A stretch of DNA of 63,683 nucleotides, the filler included, from Platydemus manokwari (lineage: Eukaryota), in the NCBI GenBank assembly GCA_037951405.1. It is 6 parts of 6 records of this genome, joined end to end, with 100 filler letters (N's around TTAATTAATTAA, not from the genome) between each part and the next. Parts side by side here need not be neighbours in the genome. Positions count along the whole stretch, not along the records: positions 20,815 to 30,043 come from JBBMOY011280095.1; positions 30,144 to 43,965 come from JBBMOY011606963.1; 4 more parts are not named here. One strand, 5' to 3'. Within the stretch, counting starts at the first letter, position 1. Each line of letters opens with the position of its first letter. This document shows, piece by piece, positions 27,188 to 39,545 of the stretch. The notes under the pieces were generated by a model, which saw only the letters and a program-made list of their open reading frames with translations, was not told the DNA's origin and ran no database searches. The translations under genes and the position numbers were made by a program.

Positions 27188-28606
27188 TATTTGTCCAGTA
27201 ATAATATTAATTTAAAATAAATCTCTTCTGACGCGTAAACTGTTACCAAAAATAGTAACATAACAAAAAATAAACAAATTCTCAAGGCAACAGGATGAAA
27301 ACATTCAAATAAGAAAGCCGATTCATAATGACATGCGTTCACAAATCGAATCATTGATAATTTCGAAATGATATTGATTAATTTCAGAAATTCATTAAAG
27401 TATTGATTTTACACATCATGTTAATTAAGATCAACGATAAAAAAAACAATAGGTTTTTAATTGATTATTACTGGATTCAAATTATGCAAGACTTATTCGA
27501 ATAAAATTTGAGATCATAGCTACAAATTTGAAGAGAAAAAAAATAGCGATGGCGAGAAATATTATGCGAAATTATCTGCAGGACAAATCTTAATTAACCA
27601 CTTGTGTCATGATTTATCGTTTTGGGATTCTTGCAATAAATTGCGATGAAATAAATTATATTAGCTTATGATATATCGATTACACATTGAATTCGAGAGA
27701 TGATATCGCGATTATTTTAATTATATTAAGCCCAAATATCAACCGGATGGTGTTTAAGAAATTAATATCACGATTAAATAATCGTACACACGAATGAGTG
27801 ACCAAATATTAATAAATGTAAGCCATTATATCAAGTAGCACGCGGATATATTTTTCGAAAATAAACACAATTTTTTAACGATTTTTGTATGGTGAACTCT
27901 ACAAATTTTTAGATCGCACATGAGCCCTTTAAAATTAACTGCATTCATTCAGAAAATGCTATTTATCATTCATTTGATCTAGAAAATATCATCTAACTGA
28001 CTCCAGAGGAAAGGAGATTCCATGTTGAAAATTACTGATTTAAATCGAACAAAATGTATTTAAAAAAGTGCATAAATCAATAATTAATTATTATATATAA
28101 ATATTTTACTGAAATCAATAATTTTTGAGGAAGCAGATAATTGATAAAAAAAAATCAATGTTAAAATTTGATTTCAATTTTAAATCGATATCAAGATTTG
28201 ATTGGCTTGAATAAAATATATCCAGCCGGTGTAATTCATCCGCATATTAGAACACTGGACAACTCAAAATATCTACTTGAAATGATTCTGTTGTCAATTG
28301 CCATTAATCTCATGGATCAATTTTAATTCGGTTCATCGCACAATCATCGATAAACATGTCGAAATACACATAAAATTAAAGTTTAAAATTGAAAAAAACA
28401 TCGAAATTTGATTTGTTTTTAATATTTCAGCATTAATTCCAAGGATATTCATCAATTCTATATTGGGGTTTTAATTATTTTACGCTTCACTGAACACATC
28501 GATTTCGTCATGAATACAACCGAGCAAAGCTTGACAAAAAGTCAACAAATCGATATTTAACAATCGGGATCAAGGACAATTCAAATCAACAATACTCAAA
28601 ACTAAC

Positions 28607-29147
28607 CATTTTCTGGGCATCATGCATCCAAAATTCGGTATTATCCGGATTTGACTTCAGATATTCGGTTCCCTTTTGAAATGTACTTCCGATTTCACTT
28701 TTCAGCTGGGCATTTTTTTAATAAACCATTGGTAAGCTCATTGAATTTATGTTTTAACTGACTTACTCGATTATTATACAAGACAACCAAAACACCGGCT
28801 GCTATTTCGGCGGCAAAAATCAATAATAACAATATGAAGTACGCTCCCAATAAGCAAGGACTCTCGTGATAAGCTCCACAACAACCACAAGCTCCAACAA
28901 TTAAAGTAAACGCCCCAACTCCCATAAGAACGTAGAATGCAGCTACTACAATTGTTCCATCGTTGCCCATGCTTTTAAAAAATGTACGCAGATAGAAGTA
29001 AAGGCCCATTCCGAATAGACCCAATCCACACAGCTGAACAAGCAATGGGTTAACCTATTTAAAGTTTACCATTAGATTCGTTACCACAAAGATAAAATTG
29101 AAAATCATCATCAGTATTCGTATACAATTATGGCATGGTTTGCACAT
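28607..29147 (-). CDS. Tetraspanin, first three coding exons (TM1-TM3 and start of large extracellular loop); downstream exons not located
   Basis: Exons 29147-29085 (MCKPCHNCIRILMMIFNFIFV), 29033-28767 (LCGLGLFGMG..VGACGCCGAYHESPCLLGAYFILLLLIFAAEIAAGVL) and 28705-28607 (LKSEIGSTFQKG..FWMHDAQKM). All are phase 0 GT-AG, with 51- and 61-nt introns. GCCGA..ES.CLL..Y and the TM1 Asn and TM3 Glu are tetraspanin signatures. Confidence 0.9.
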
Positions 29148-29639
29148 TTTGACAATAAGCTCCGATATTTAATAATGGAAAAAATCGATTTAATTATTTA
29201 TAATCTTAAATTTTAAGATGGAGATAAGATTTTAAATGAGAACTAAAGGTCAAGCTAAAATCATCAAAATGACTCACTTAAACAAAGATGCACGAATCTT
29301 TTATGATTTATCGTGATGATTAATAAAGTTTTAAATTTTCATCTTTTTTAGTTTATATTGGATCTTATCTAGATTTTAAATTAGTTTTTTAAATTGTTTT
29401 TGAAATTAATCTCGGCTTTTATTTGATCTCGAATAAATCAATTCAACAATGTTACAGAAATTGATTTTGAATGTTAGTATCAAAAATTCAAAGTTAGCGT
29501 ATTTGAGTGATTGACACGGGGTTTCCAAATTTTCATTTGTCGGTAATCTTCCTATAAACAAGGTTACGTCCATCTGATTGAAAATAAGATTAATATTATA
29601 GAAAATTTTGTATCTGGAAATAAAATTTGACAAAGATTC

Positions 29640-29966
29640 TGGACCTATTCCAAAAATTTGACTAAAATCTTAGATTGATTTCTAGAATGGTTCTTTGTAA
29701 GATTAGTTTCGTACATGTATGCTGATGATGGCAAAAATATTGATTTGGAACTTTCGTATTCCCAAGAAAGCTTCACCAATGAGGCAGCTGATTACTGAAT
29801 AGATATTGGGTGTAATCGGTGTTCAACAATAACGATTATTTAACAAAATAATTACAACTGACTTACGATATCGGTTGTAATGGTGATCACAGAAATGATA
29901 TAACCCAATTAAACAGGAAAAGCTGCATTGTTCATGTAAAATTATTCATTTGTAGCATCACATAGA
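29640..29966 (+). mobile_element. Non-LTR (LINE) reverse-transcriptase remnant
   Basis: YMYADDGK at ~29712-29735 and a downstream CKIIHL-like segment; abuts the mariner terminus. Confidence 0.45.
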
Positions 29967-29968
29967 TA

Positions 29969-30215
29969 TTAGGTTGGTGCATAAATAATGGCCTTTTTTA
30001 AATTGGCTTTTCATTTTTAAATATTAAATTGAAGATCTTATGANNNNNNNNNNNNNNNNNNNNNNNNNNNNNNNNNNNNNNNNNNNNTTAATTAATTAAN
30101 NNNNNNNNNNNNNNNNNNNNNNNNNNNNNNNNNNNNNNNNNNNTTCATTTTAAAGCGAGTTATAGTATTTTAAAGTATACGTTTACAAACGGCCATTATT
30201 TTCCCAACAACCTAA
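29969..30215. mobile_element. Mariner-family element termini flanking a scaffold gap
   Basis: TA|TTAGGTTGGTGCATAAATAATGGCC ... GGCCATTATTTTCCCAACAACCTAA|TA: inverted termini of the TTAGGTTGG mariner type with TA target duplication. The interior is unsequenced. Confidence 0.8.
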
Positions 30216-31429
30216 TATTTATTGATGTATGTGATTGACTGGTAATCTATAGTTCTTGTTTTGAATTAACTTTATTTTAGTTAAAAGCAAAAAATTGAAA
30301 ATTTTCGAAAATATTATTATTGATTTTTACAAGGTTACGAAATAAGTTTTCATCTGTATTTTTATCAGTTTTTCTGGATATTTGAGTCAAAAATGCTGGC
30401 ATGTCTGTCTAATATCAATTTATTTACAACAACAACACATTAACAGAAGATTGGTAAATCACTTATTTTTTCGGGTATAAGTAGGCATGCCTACTTCAGA
30501 CTTTTTAGCAATTAATAAATCAATCAATCGTGACCTCAATTGAAACATTTTTGCTAATGAATTATTGATTTCTGTTCGTTAACTTTGAAAACCTTTTAAA
30601 CTCATAGCCAAAATACATATCGCTACACCCCAATGACCATCAATATTATGTGTTATATACGGTTGAAATATTTAGAATATAGACCGGAAATGAGGGGGAA
30701 AAATATTAATAACATTTACTAGTAGATACAAAATTTATAAGTGCTTTGCTAATATTTTGGTATCCTTTAATATTGACAAAACATTAATCAAAATCATTAT
30801 ATTTTGTTTTGTTCTTGGCTTCTTATTTGATTTATTATCGTATGATTTATATAATATTGAAAGCGACTTCCTTCGCCTTGGTAATTCTGAAGCTATATTA
30901 TGGCACGGAGAACGTCAAGACAATGTTTTAGTTTAATTATGTCCCTTACTTTGTCTCAAATATCTGACTCATTAATTTATTGCTAGTTGAATGATAATAC
31001 AAGTTTTATCAGTTTTTCTTCAACTTTTAAATGCAATAACTCAACTTTTACAGTAAATAGGTGATAGTAACGATACGGAATTTAATGATATCAAAATGAA
31101 TATATGCACGTTTTCTCATTTTTTGTTATAATATTACCTTTACTTTATATATCAGTAGCTATTTCTCATTGCTTAAATGCTTTTACTGTATTAGAGCAAG
31201 TTTTCCTATTCTCATTTTGTATGTTCTATTAATGCTTATAATTGTTTCCTTTTTAATTTCCAATACCTTTTTATCGTTCCTTATGTTATAATTTATTTTT
31301 AACATAGCTTACTTTCAATAGCAGAAGTGTAAAAAGAAGGAAGATCACGCGTTGAAGGTTAAGCAAATAAGCAGAAAACAATAAGGCTTTATTTTCTAGT
31401 CAAACAAACTGAGAGAAATAAATTAACAG

Positions 31430-33500
31430 TCCATGGCGTCTTCCTATAGACGAAGCCCTTCAAAGGATAGAAGAGAAACTAGAAGCAGAACCCGACGGAA
31501 AACAAGTGACTTAACAAGTTAATTGAAGAATAGAGAAATAACAGATTCGATATCACCGGATTCATTAACAAAATTCTTACAAAAATTGGTAGACGATAAC
31601 AAATAACTATAAAGCACGATTGGTTGTGATGATCATAAATGTCAATCAAGGATGATAGTCAGCGGAAAATTACCCGAGAATACTTACGGAGCAGACAACA
31701 TGGAATTTTTGGATTGATTATGGTTATGTTTCATTAATCATGTGCCATAGACTGCACATCTACTCAACAGAGATCGCTAGGAATGCTTATAATCAAGTAC
31801 CAGAGGTGAAATAATGGTCAGATTTGGAAACTGTATTAGGAAACAGTTTAGGAATAAGCGATGTCAAAGGGCTTCGCAAGCAGCAATTGATGCAGTTATG
31901 ACAGAATAAAGATGAAAAGGTAGGTAAATACTCTTACCAATTAATAAAAATCACTGAAGGAATATATGAACCGCGAAAGGTGAGAATGACCGACATATTA
32001 TGGTGGGGGATGGATTAAGTAATAAGAATACCATTATCTTATTAGAATTCAAAGATTTTGAGGTCATGAGGGATAAATAGATGAAAGTTGAAATAAAATG
32101 TTTTAATTGCGGGATGTAAAGACATGAAGCAGGGGATTGGCGAACTAATTTTTGTCAACACTCCTATTAAAAAGGATGTACAGACGAAACATCCTGGTTC
32201 AAGAAATCCAGCAGAGAAATAGTAAATGTTGAAGAAGATTTTTTATGCTTTAAATGCAGGAAATCAGAACTCATGGTTAGAGGTGTGATATGCTGAAAAG
32301 GAGAAAGATTGGCAAAAATAATTCCCTGGGAAGATCAGAAGAAAACTGTCAAATATATGTCATCGCAAAATGATGATAGAGAAATACTCTTTGCAGAAAT
32401 CAATCAAATTAGCAAGACAAAATGGGAAATGAAATAAAACAAGTCATATTGATATGATTCAAAGAGAGTTGGAAGATGATCAATCAGAGGAACAAGATGA
32501 TAGATGAGAGGAACAAAATGAATTAATTAGAGAAATCTTTGAAATAGTATCAGGATAAGGAGAGAAAATGAAGGAAATAAGGATTTGAATAAAAAAGTTC
32601 AAGAGGGAGTACTTCAAAACCAAATAGAAGATATATTGCGTTTAATACGGAATAGAATCCAGTATCATGTAGAATGCTGGCCAAAAGCTGTAGCGAAAAA
32701 CAGGGTCCGGGATGGAACTCAGTGAAGATTTGGTGAACATTAGAATTAAATGACCCAAAGGACAATAATAGAAAAGAATCTTCACTCAGAATCAGAAGTG
32801 GGAACCAGATCCAACACAAAAAAGTTGAAGAACCGAAATCAGAAGTAACACTTATAGAAGAAAAATAGAATTAAAATATTTTGGTCACCCACTCAGAGAT
32901 AAAGAAACACTCAAACAAGCAGGAATTCTACTCCAAGTTTATGTAGAAATTTAAGTTAAATACAAGGGAGTTCAATTAAAAAAATAATCAACGAAGAAGA
33001 ATAGGTCCTGAAAGACCCAGGAAGGATCAAATTGCAAGGCATGCATCAAGTGCTGCAACAAGTGCAAAAATAAAATCGAGAGCGTTAAATAAGGTTGCAC
33101 GAAATCTAATAGGCCCAATGAGGATGATGCACGAAGTATCTACACACATAGAATACATGTTAGAAAAAGTGCTAGATCCAGATTTAACCTCATAACAGAC
33201 TTTAAAGATTTATTGGATAATATAATTGGTGAATGGATGAAAAACCAGCGCGAGATGGTATACTACACGTTCCTGTAGTATGTAATTGAAGGCACTCAGT
33301 TGCTGACTAGCAGAAAGTCAGCTAGTAATTCAGGCAGAATAAAGTTATTATAAAGAAGTCAGTATTTTAGCCAGTAAAGTAGTGAGAAGAATAAAATTAC
33401 AGTTCTGCATTATTGATGTGATTGTATGAAGACTTAAGAGGATATTTATTGATCCGAGAACCAGGAAATATTCAGAGTTATTTATTATTGCAGGCATTAA
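31430..33500 (+). mobile_element. Highly degenerate retrotransposon gag-like region
   Basis: Purine-rich plus strand with decayed zinc knuckles KCFNCGM*RHEAGDW (~32095-32140) and CFKCRKSELM (~32245). Riddled with stops; boundaries approximate. Confidence 0.55.
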
Positions 33501-34199
33501 AATATTCGAGGAAATTTTTAGGATAATAGTACAGGTAAATTTATAAATTGTGTGATATTAGAAGTCGGTGCTCCGGAATATCGGTATTTAATAGAAGTAA
33601 TAAATGTGGTGCGTCCATAACATATTGTTGCGCACAATAATAAGTAGTAAAAACAGGATTAGTTCCCCGGCCGGTATTTCAATATTGTGCGTGGATTTGA
33701 ACCGTATTTGTTAACGAACTCGTATTCAAGAGTTGGTCCATTGTTTTGTTATTTACTTAAACCTTGCACATTGTGGCAATAATAAATCTTATTGAACAAC
33801 CACTATATTTTAGAGTCAGATAGGTTAGATCACGAGTATTTGTTGAGCTTTATTATTATTATTATTATTATTCATTGTTTTTAATATATTTGGTTCTGTA
33901 TGTCCAATCTATGTCACTATCTATTATTGATTTTTCTAAACTTTTAATACTATTACTAAAACTATCTGTTTTCAGGAAAGAAATTATTGTAATGATTTTC
34001 AATTATGAAAATTGAAAATGTATTAACAATTAGAAGCTGCAATCAATATAAAATTACTTTAACAATACTCAGTGCACCACGTAAATGGATTACCGGAAGT
34101 CCAAACCGAAGGGAGATGTTAGAAGAGTTTTTGAAATGTGATGATGATATTTAAACTAATTAAATTATATTGTAAATTAATTAGCATGATAAGTTAATT

Positions 34200-34700
34200 T
34201 CTCGACATGAATACAAGCTTATTTGGCACAGTTAAATATCCTAAAAATCCAAAATCTTTCAATTGATAGACCTTTAATCTCCTGATCTCCATAATCCGGC
34301 TCTTGGGTTTTAGCGAATAGCTTCGGCTTTTCATTGTTAATTTATGATTTATCGACAGATTTTTTTCTCTGATATGTCAACGTGTACTTCTCTCTTATTG
34401 CCGTTTTCAACCTTTATTTACTATGTAGTCTCTGGGGTTACTTTTATGGCTTTCTGATTAATTATTTGTACCCTTTCAAACTCGTGCGCTGCGAAGATGT
34501 TGATCTCTAGTGATCTTGAGTTATGCAGATAATTTGCATGATGCAAAATCAATTAAGTCAATTAAGTCATCTAATAATCATTGTATAGTCAATAATCCAA
34601 CTGTGATTTATTGTGGAATTTGTTATGAAATCTATGGCCTGGGCTTCTGCATTGATTGATTTGTCATGGCACATTCTTTTGGATCTTCTCTGGTGCTATT
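34200..34700 (-). mobile_element. Degenerate LINE RT remnant
   Basis: Frameshifted RSPGH-DFIT (cf. KSPGPDGI) and FGFLGY (cf. RT F.FLGY) on the minus strand. Confidence 0.35.
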
Positions 34701-36696
34701 TTGAATTATTAAACAGGTGTGATAAATTAATGAAGGATAGAAGATAGTCGATGAAGCCTTGAGATTATTATTTAACTGAGTCCAACATTTACATCAGTTA
34801 TTATACTCTATATTGTTGGATCACATTTGTATCATGTGTTTAGTTGATATTTTATTTCTCGAGTTTCACTTGGATTTATTGAATTTGTGTACTTTGGAAC
34901 GGTCAATTCCTATGTAGTTATGGTCATTTTTTGAATTATGATTAGTCAGCTGTGATTGGTTGGTTACAATGCATGTATGGTTGTGTAGACATGCAAATGC
35001 TTAAAATGATAAAATAAGAGTTCCAAGCTACAAAATCGTTTTTATTTTGCAGGATTTTGTCCATACTCAACGACTCGATGTCACACAATTGTATAGTCAC
35101 ATGGCAAACAATACAAATTAATAAGCACGTTGAATATTTTCAAAAATAGAATAAATAATAAAAATGAATGAAGAGATTAATAAAATATCATGAATAAAGA
35201 TAATAAATTATAAAAGCAAAAATTGACAATAGCTAAATCCAAAATCATTTGAAAAATACTAAGAATAGAGACCATCTTAAGCAAAGACTGAAAATACATA
35301 AATAAGAGTAAAAAAAACGAAAAAGCTCTTATTATTATGTATTCCATGCTCACTGACGTGACAAATATAATCACTAATCAATTTCAATCAAATATTTGGG
35401 ATAATCATAGTCTGGAAATTATTGATTAGACTACGAGAAACAAGCCTCGAAAAAAATTACTTACATTAACGAAAAAACGAAAGATTCTATAAAACAAAAT
35501 GAAAATATACTAAATGACTCTGCTTCCAAAACAAGGAGTTGGTTAAATTCTTAAAATAAACCTACTTTTAGATCAGCGCAAATTTTCAGTGACACAATCA
35601 AAGTAATTATTATATTCTTAATCAACATAAAACTTAATTAATCATGTGTCTTATTGTGGTATTTGTCAAAAGCGATTTTAGCCTTGATCCCATCCAATTA
35701 AAGTCTGAATGACTAAAATTCATATCTTACCTTTCTTCAAATCTATTCAGACATTTTATTCCTCTTAAGGTCATAAACTTAAAAGTCCGTTATATTACTG
35801 CTAAATTAGTTCTATCTAAACAGAACATACAATAATTATTATAAGATATCACTCCTGTACATTTGTTTAATGTCGATCTACTTTTAAAGATTTAATATCT
35901 CAATACAGTAGACTATTTGTAATTTTGTTTATTAATTATAATTTACTAATAAATGAGTTTAGTGCTTATACATTCATTCATTTGTATTATAAATAAGCAC
36001 GATGCAATCATTAAAACATCAATAATTTGAATCAGATTAGATAAAACATGAGTTAGACTTATAAAATTATAATAAAATTTTTTTTTATTTTTAAACTTAT
36101 ATAACTCAACACAACCCTACACAACTATCATTATTAAAATTATATTCTGCTTTTGTTGTAAAATTAGAATTCAGGAACTTGTACCGACAATATCATTTTA
36201 CTATTTAACTAGCCAAATTTAGATATCAGATACTCCACCATATTACTTGTTGAACTAGCTTGCGTTTGTCTACTCTCATTCTTTGATTTCAGTTTCAAAA
36301 AAAGTGAATTTGTTGTCCCAAAGTATATAAGTAGAAATATTAAATTCATTTCTATCAGATCAGTTGCGGGATTCAAGAAGATAAATATCATTCAACGAGT
36401 GCTAATAATTCAGAAAACGGAATTAATATAAAACATAAAATTGTTAAGTCACGTTTCATTTTTAGCAAACTATCTATCCAGATAGTATATTGAAATAGAA
36501 ACTTTAAATCAAAAAAAGCATTTGTTAATAATATTCAAAATAATATAAATACTAAATTTTATGATATTCACAAATCTGTTCTCTCTAACTCTTTAAATAA
36601 AACTAACATAAATCAATGCTTTCCATTATTTAAAAATATTTATTTAATAAAATTTTTTGCTTTGTTTAAACTATATTTTAACAAAGTTATTCTAAA

Positions 36697-38247
36697 ATGA
36701 CCTTCCAAAGCTTTTAATTACCGTATTGTTATTTCTAAGCTTTTATTTGTAAATAAATAGAAATATGAAATGCAATGAATTTTTACTTGCAATCGGTGTC
36801 AAGATATTGAGAATGATTTCAAAGATTGTACATTATGATTATTTTAAAAAGAAATTAAGTCCATAACTTTACAGGATTTATTGTTGAAATTTTATTTCGG
36901 TATCGCTGGATTTAAATGTGCACTTGACAGTTTGTTCTCTAATGTAGTATATTACATGGCCAATAGATCTGGATTAAATGTAATGTGTATATTAAAATAC
37001 TTTTAAATGTTATTATTGATCAGGTTAAAATAACAGAGTTTGATGGTGTCGAAGTTTTTCTCTTTGATCCGATCATATATAAACCAAACAGACCTGCTAT
37101 AATTCATTTTCACGCGAGTAGTTGGAAGAATTATAGTCCAAGTTATTGATCGAATTTTCTCTATGTATTATTAAATTGTGATTATTTGTGTACAGAAATT
37201 TTTTCTACCTATCTGACCGAACTTGCTCGTCGATTAGATATTTTGATTATATCAGTAAAGTGAGAAAAAGATAACTTATAAGATTTCCAATATTTGTGAA
37301 TGTAGTTATCGAAAAGCTCCTAAGCACCCATTTCCCGTTGGTGTCACTGATGCTATTACTGCAACTAAGTATTTCATGGATAATGCTGAACAATATGACG
37401 TAGATCCGAACCGAATAGCTTTGATTGGTAATAATAATAACGGAAAATTATTAATTTTATTATTGTTAGGAGAAAGTGCTGGTGGTAATTTTGTTGTTGC
37501 TGTTGGATATCATTTTGCAGCTTTAAAAAAGATCGATAAAAGTCAACGAGTTCCTAAAATTCTTGTTTCAATTATTCCACCATTACAAGCAGTTGATATG
37601 AACACACCGTCATATCGCCATGACAGCGGAGACAAATATTTGAACAAGTTAGAATTAATATTTATAATGTCCAGATTAATTAGGGCTATCGAAGAGCTGA
37701 TGCCATGAAAACCGTTTGCACTTATGCATTCGGAGAATTATCCAACGAAGATCTAGATGCTGGTATAAAGGTGCTGTCAAATAACAATCATTTGAGTGAG
37801 GACGTTGTCAAGAAAGTGAAGCACAATGTTGATTGGAAACAATATCTGACAGGAAAGTAAACAATGTGATGATGATGAATTAGCATCAGCTTATTTGACA
37901 GAGATTACGACCATCTTCCAGAGAGCACATTTATTTTTACACCAAATAAATTCGTCAATCGATTATCAGAATTGGTGTTGGATCCTCTGTTTTCTCCCTT
38001 ATCAGCTTTGGATAACGCCGATCTTCAGTTGTTGCCACCAATTTATTTCATTACAGCTTCAAAAGATCCATTAAAAGATGATGCTAAAATGATGTCGTCG
38101 AGATTGGCAAAATGGGGTTGTTTGGGTGGAATAAAGGAATTTGACCAATCGCACGGTGAATTCTTCTGTAGAGGGACAAAATCGGATCAATTCAGAGAAG
38201 TATTTGAGTATTTGTTTGAAATTTTCAAAGTGAACGCAGGTCTTTAA
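36697..38247 (+). pseudogene. Arylacetamide-deacetylase/neutral cholesterol ester hydrolase-like (HSL family) alpha/beta hydrolase; apparently frame-disrupted
   Basis: Exons ~36765-36827, 36875-36979, 37024-37141, 37196-37259, 37306-37427, 37470-~37647, ~37684-37856, 37902-38247; resolved introns are 42-54 nt. Motifs: SVNYRKAPKHPFP, VDPNRIALIG|GESAGGN (nucleophile), DMNTPSY, LPPIYFITASKDPLKDD (acid), HG (His). The signal-anchor-like LLITVLLFLSFYL is out of frame with ATG 36697 and followed by TAA. I found no GT-AG pair near 37648-37683 that restores frame. Family call is confident; pseudogene status is not. Confidence 0.75.
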
Positions 38248-39149
38248 TTATTCAACTGATTTACAAATTGGAATGTTGTAATATTTTGTAACTTGCTAAT
38301 ATAGGTGAGGTTTTGTTTAAGTATTACTAATAATATTGATTATTTTTTTAATAATTATTTATAATACACGATTTCACTCATTTGTTGATCTTTTGAACAC
38401 ATTCATAATTCACTGACACTATTAATAGCGCTAGGAAATCAATAATTCTGAAACTGGTTTAAATTTTGAATATAGGAATAAATTTTGAAATTTTAATGGA
38501 AATTGAGTTACAAAATCAATGCAATTAATGTTAGTTTCATCAAACATGATTTGCTATCACTGATCTTACATCAATATTTTTTAAAATTTTTATTGCGGCA
38601 ATGATAATAATCTGAATTGATAATTTAATTACTTTTAACCAATCAATTGAGTCATAGCAAACCAACTAGTTTCAGAAATGCTTACTCATATCTGTTTAAT
38701 TAATATTGATAATGTGTTATTGAAATTAACCGGCCCCGTGTATGGGCACTAGAGAATCGAATAATATGTAAATAATAGCCATAATTAATGAAATAAAAAC
38801 GATAATAAATTATTAATTAAATTCCTGTAAACAGAAAACGTATATCAATGACTTTTTACAGTTTTATCTTTTATTAAATGGCCGGATAATTAATTTATAG
38901 ATTATGTGTAATTTTATGTGATTTGACATTGGTTGGAATTACATTCACTGACAATCAATGAATCAGCAGTATATGACTAGAATTAAATAATCAGACAATT
39001 AGCGTCAGTGTATTGTCATAGATATTAATAAATATTATAAATTTAAGGATGTTATTATTTTATTTGAATAATGAATTTATTCTGACCAAAATTTAATTAT
39101 CAGTTGATGTTGAAATTGTTTTTTTAAAAATAATGAATTAAAAATGATA

Positions 39150-39545
39150 AATGCACAATAATATACTTTAAATTACCTGAAAATGGAATAGCTGTTTTAT
39201 ATGCTGTTGAGAAAGGTGAAATTCTGCGAAAGAAAAACGGATTTGCATCTTGGTACTCTTGTTTAAGCAATGGGTTACATCCTTTAAATGCAATCGAATT
39301 GAACAATATGCTAATCAATTCAAATTTGCATTTTTGCCAGTGAGAATCCATCGAATTGTCGAACGACAAGATTCACCAGTTCGCTACAACAGATCATGCT
39401 TTACATGCGGTAAAATGGATCATCTTGCGAGAGACTGTGAAGCAGGACTTTTCATATAATCACCCCAACGATACATTGTTAACACTCAGGATCATATTAA
39501 ATGCTTCTGTTGTAATTTCGGGCATTTTGCAAGATTATGTTAACA
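39150..39545 (+). mobile_element. Retroelement gag/ORF1 remnant with two CCHC zinc knuckles
   Basis: SCFTCGKMDHLARDC (intact CX2CX4HX4C) and a decayed KCFCCNFGHFARLC, separated by an in-frame stop. Confidence 0.65.
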
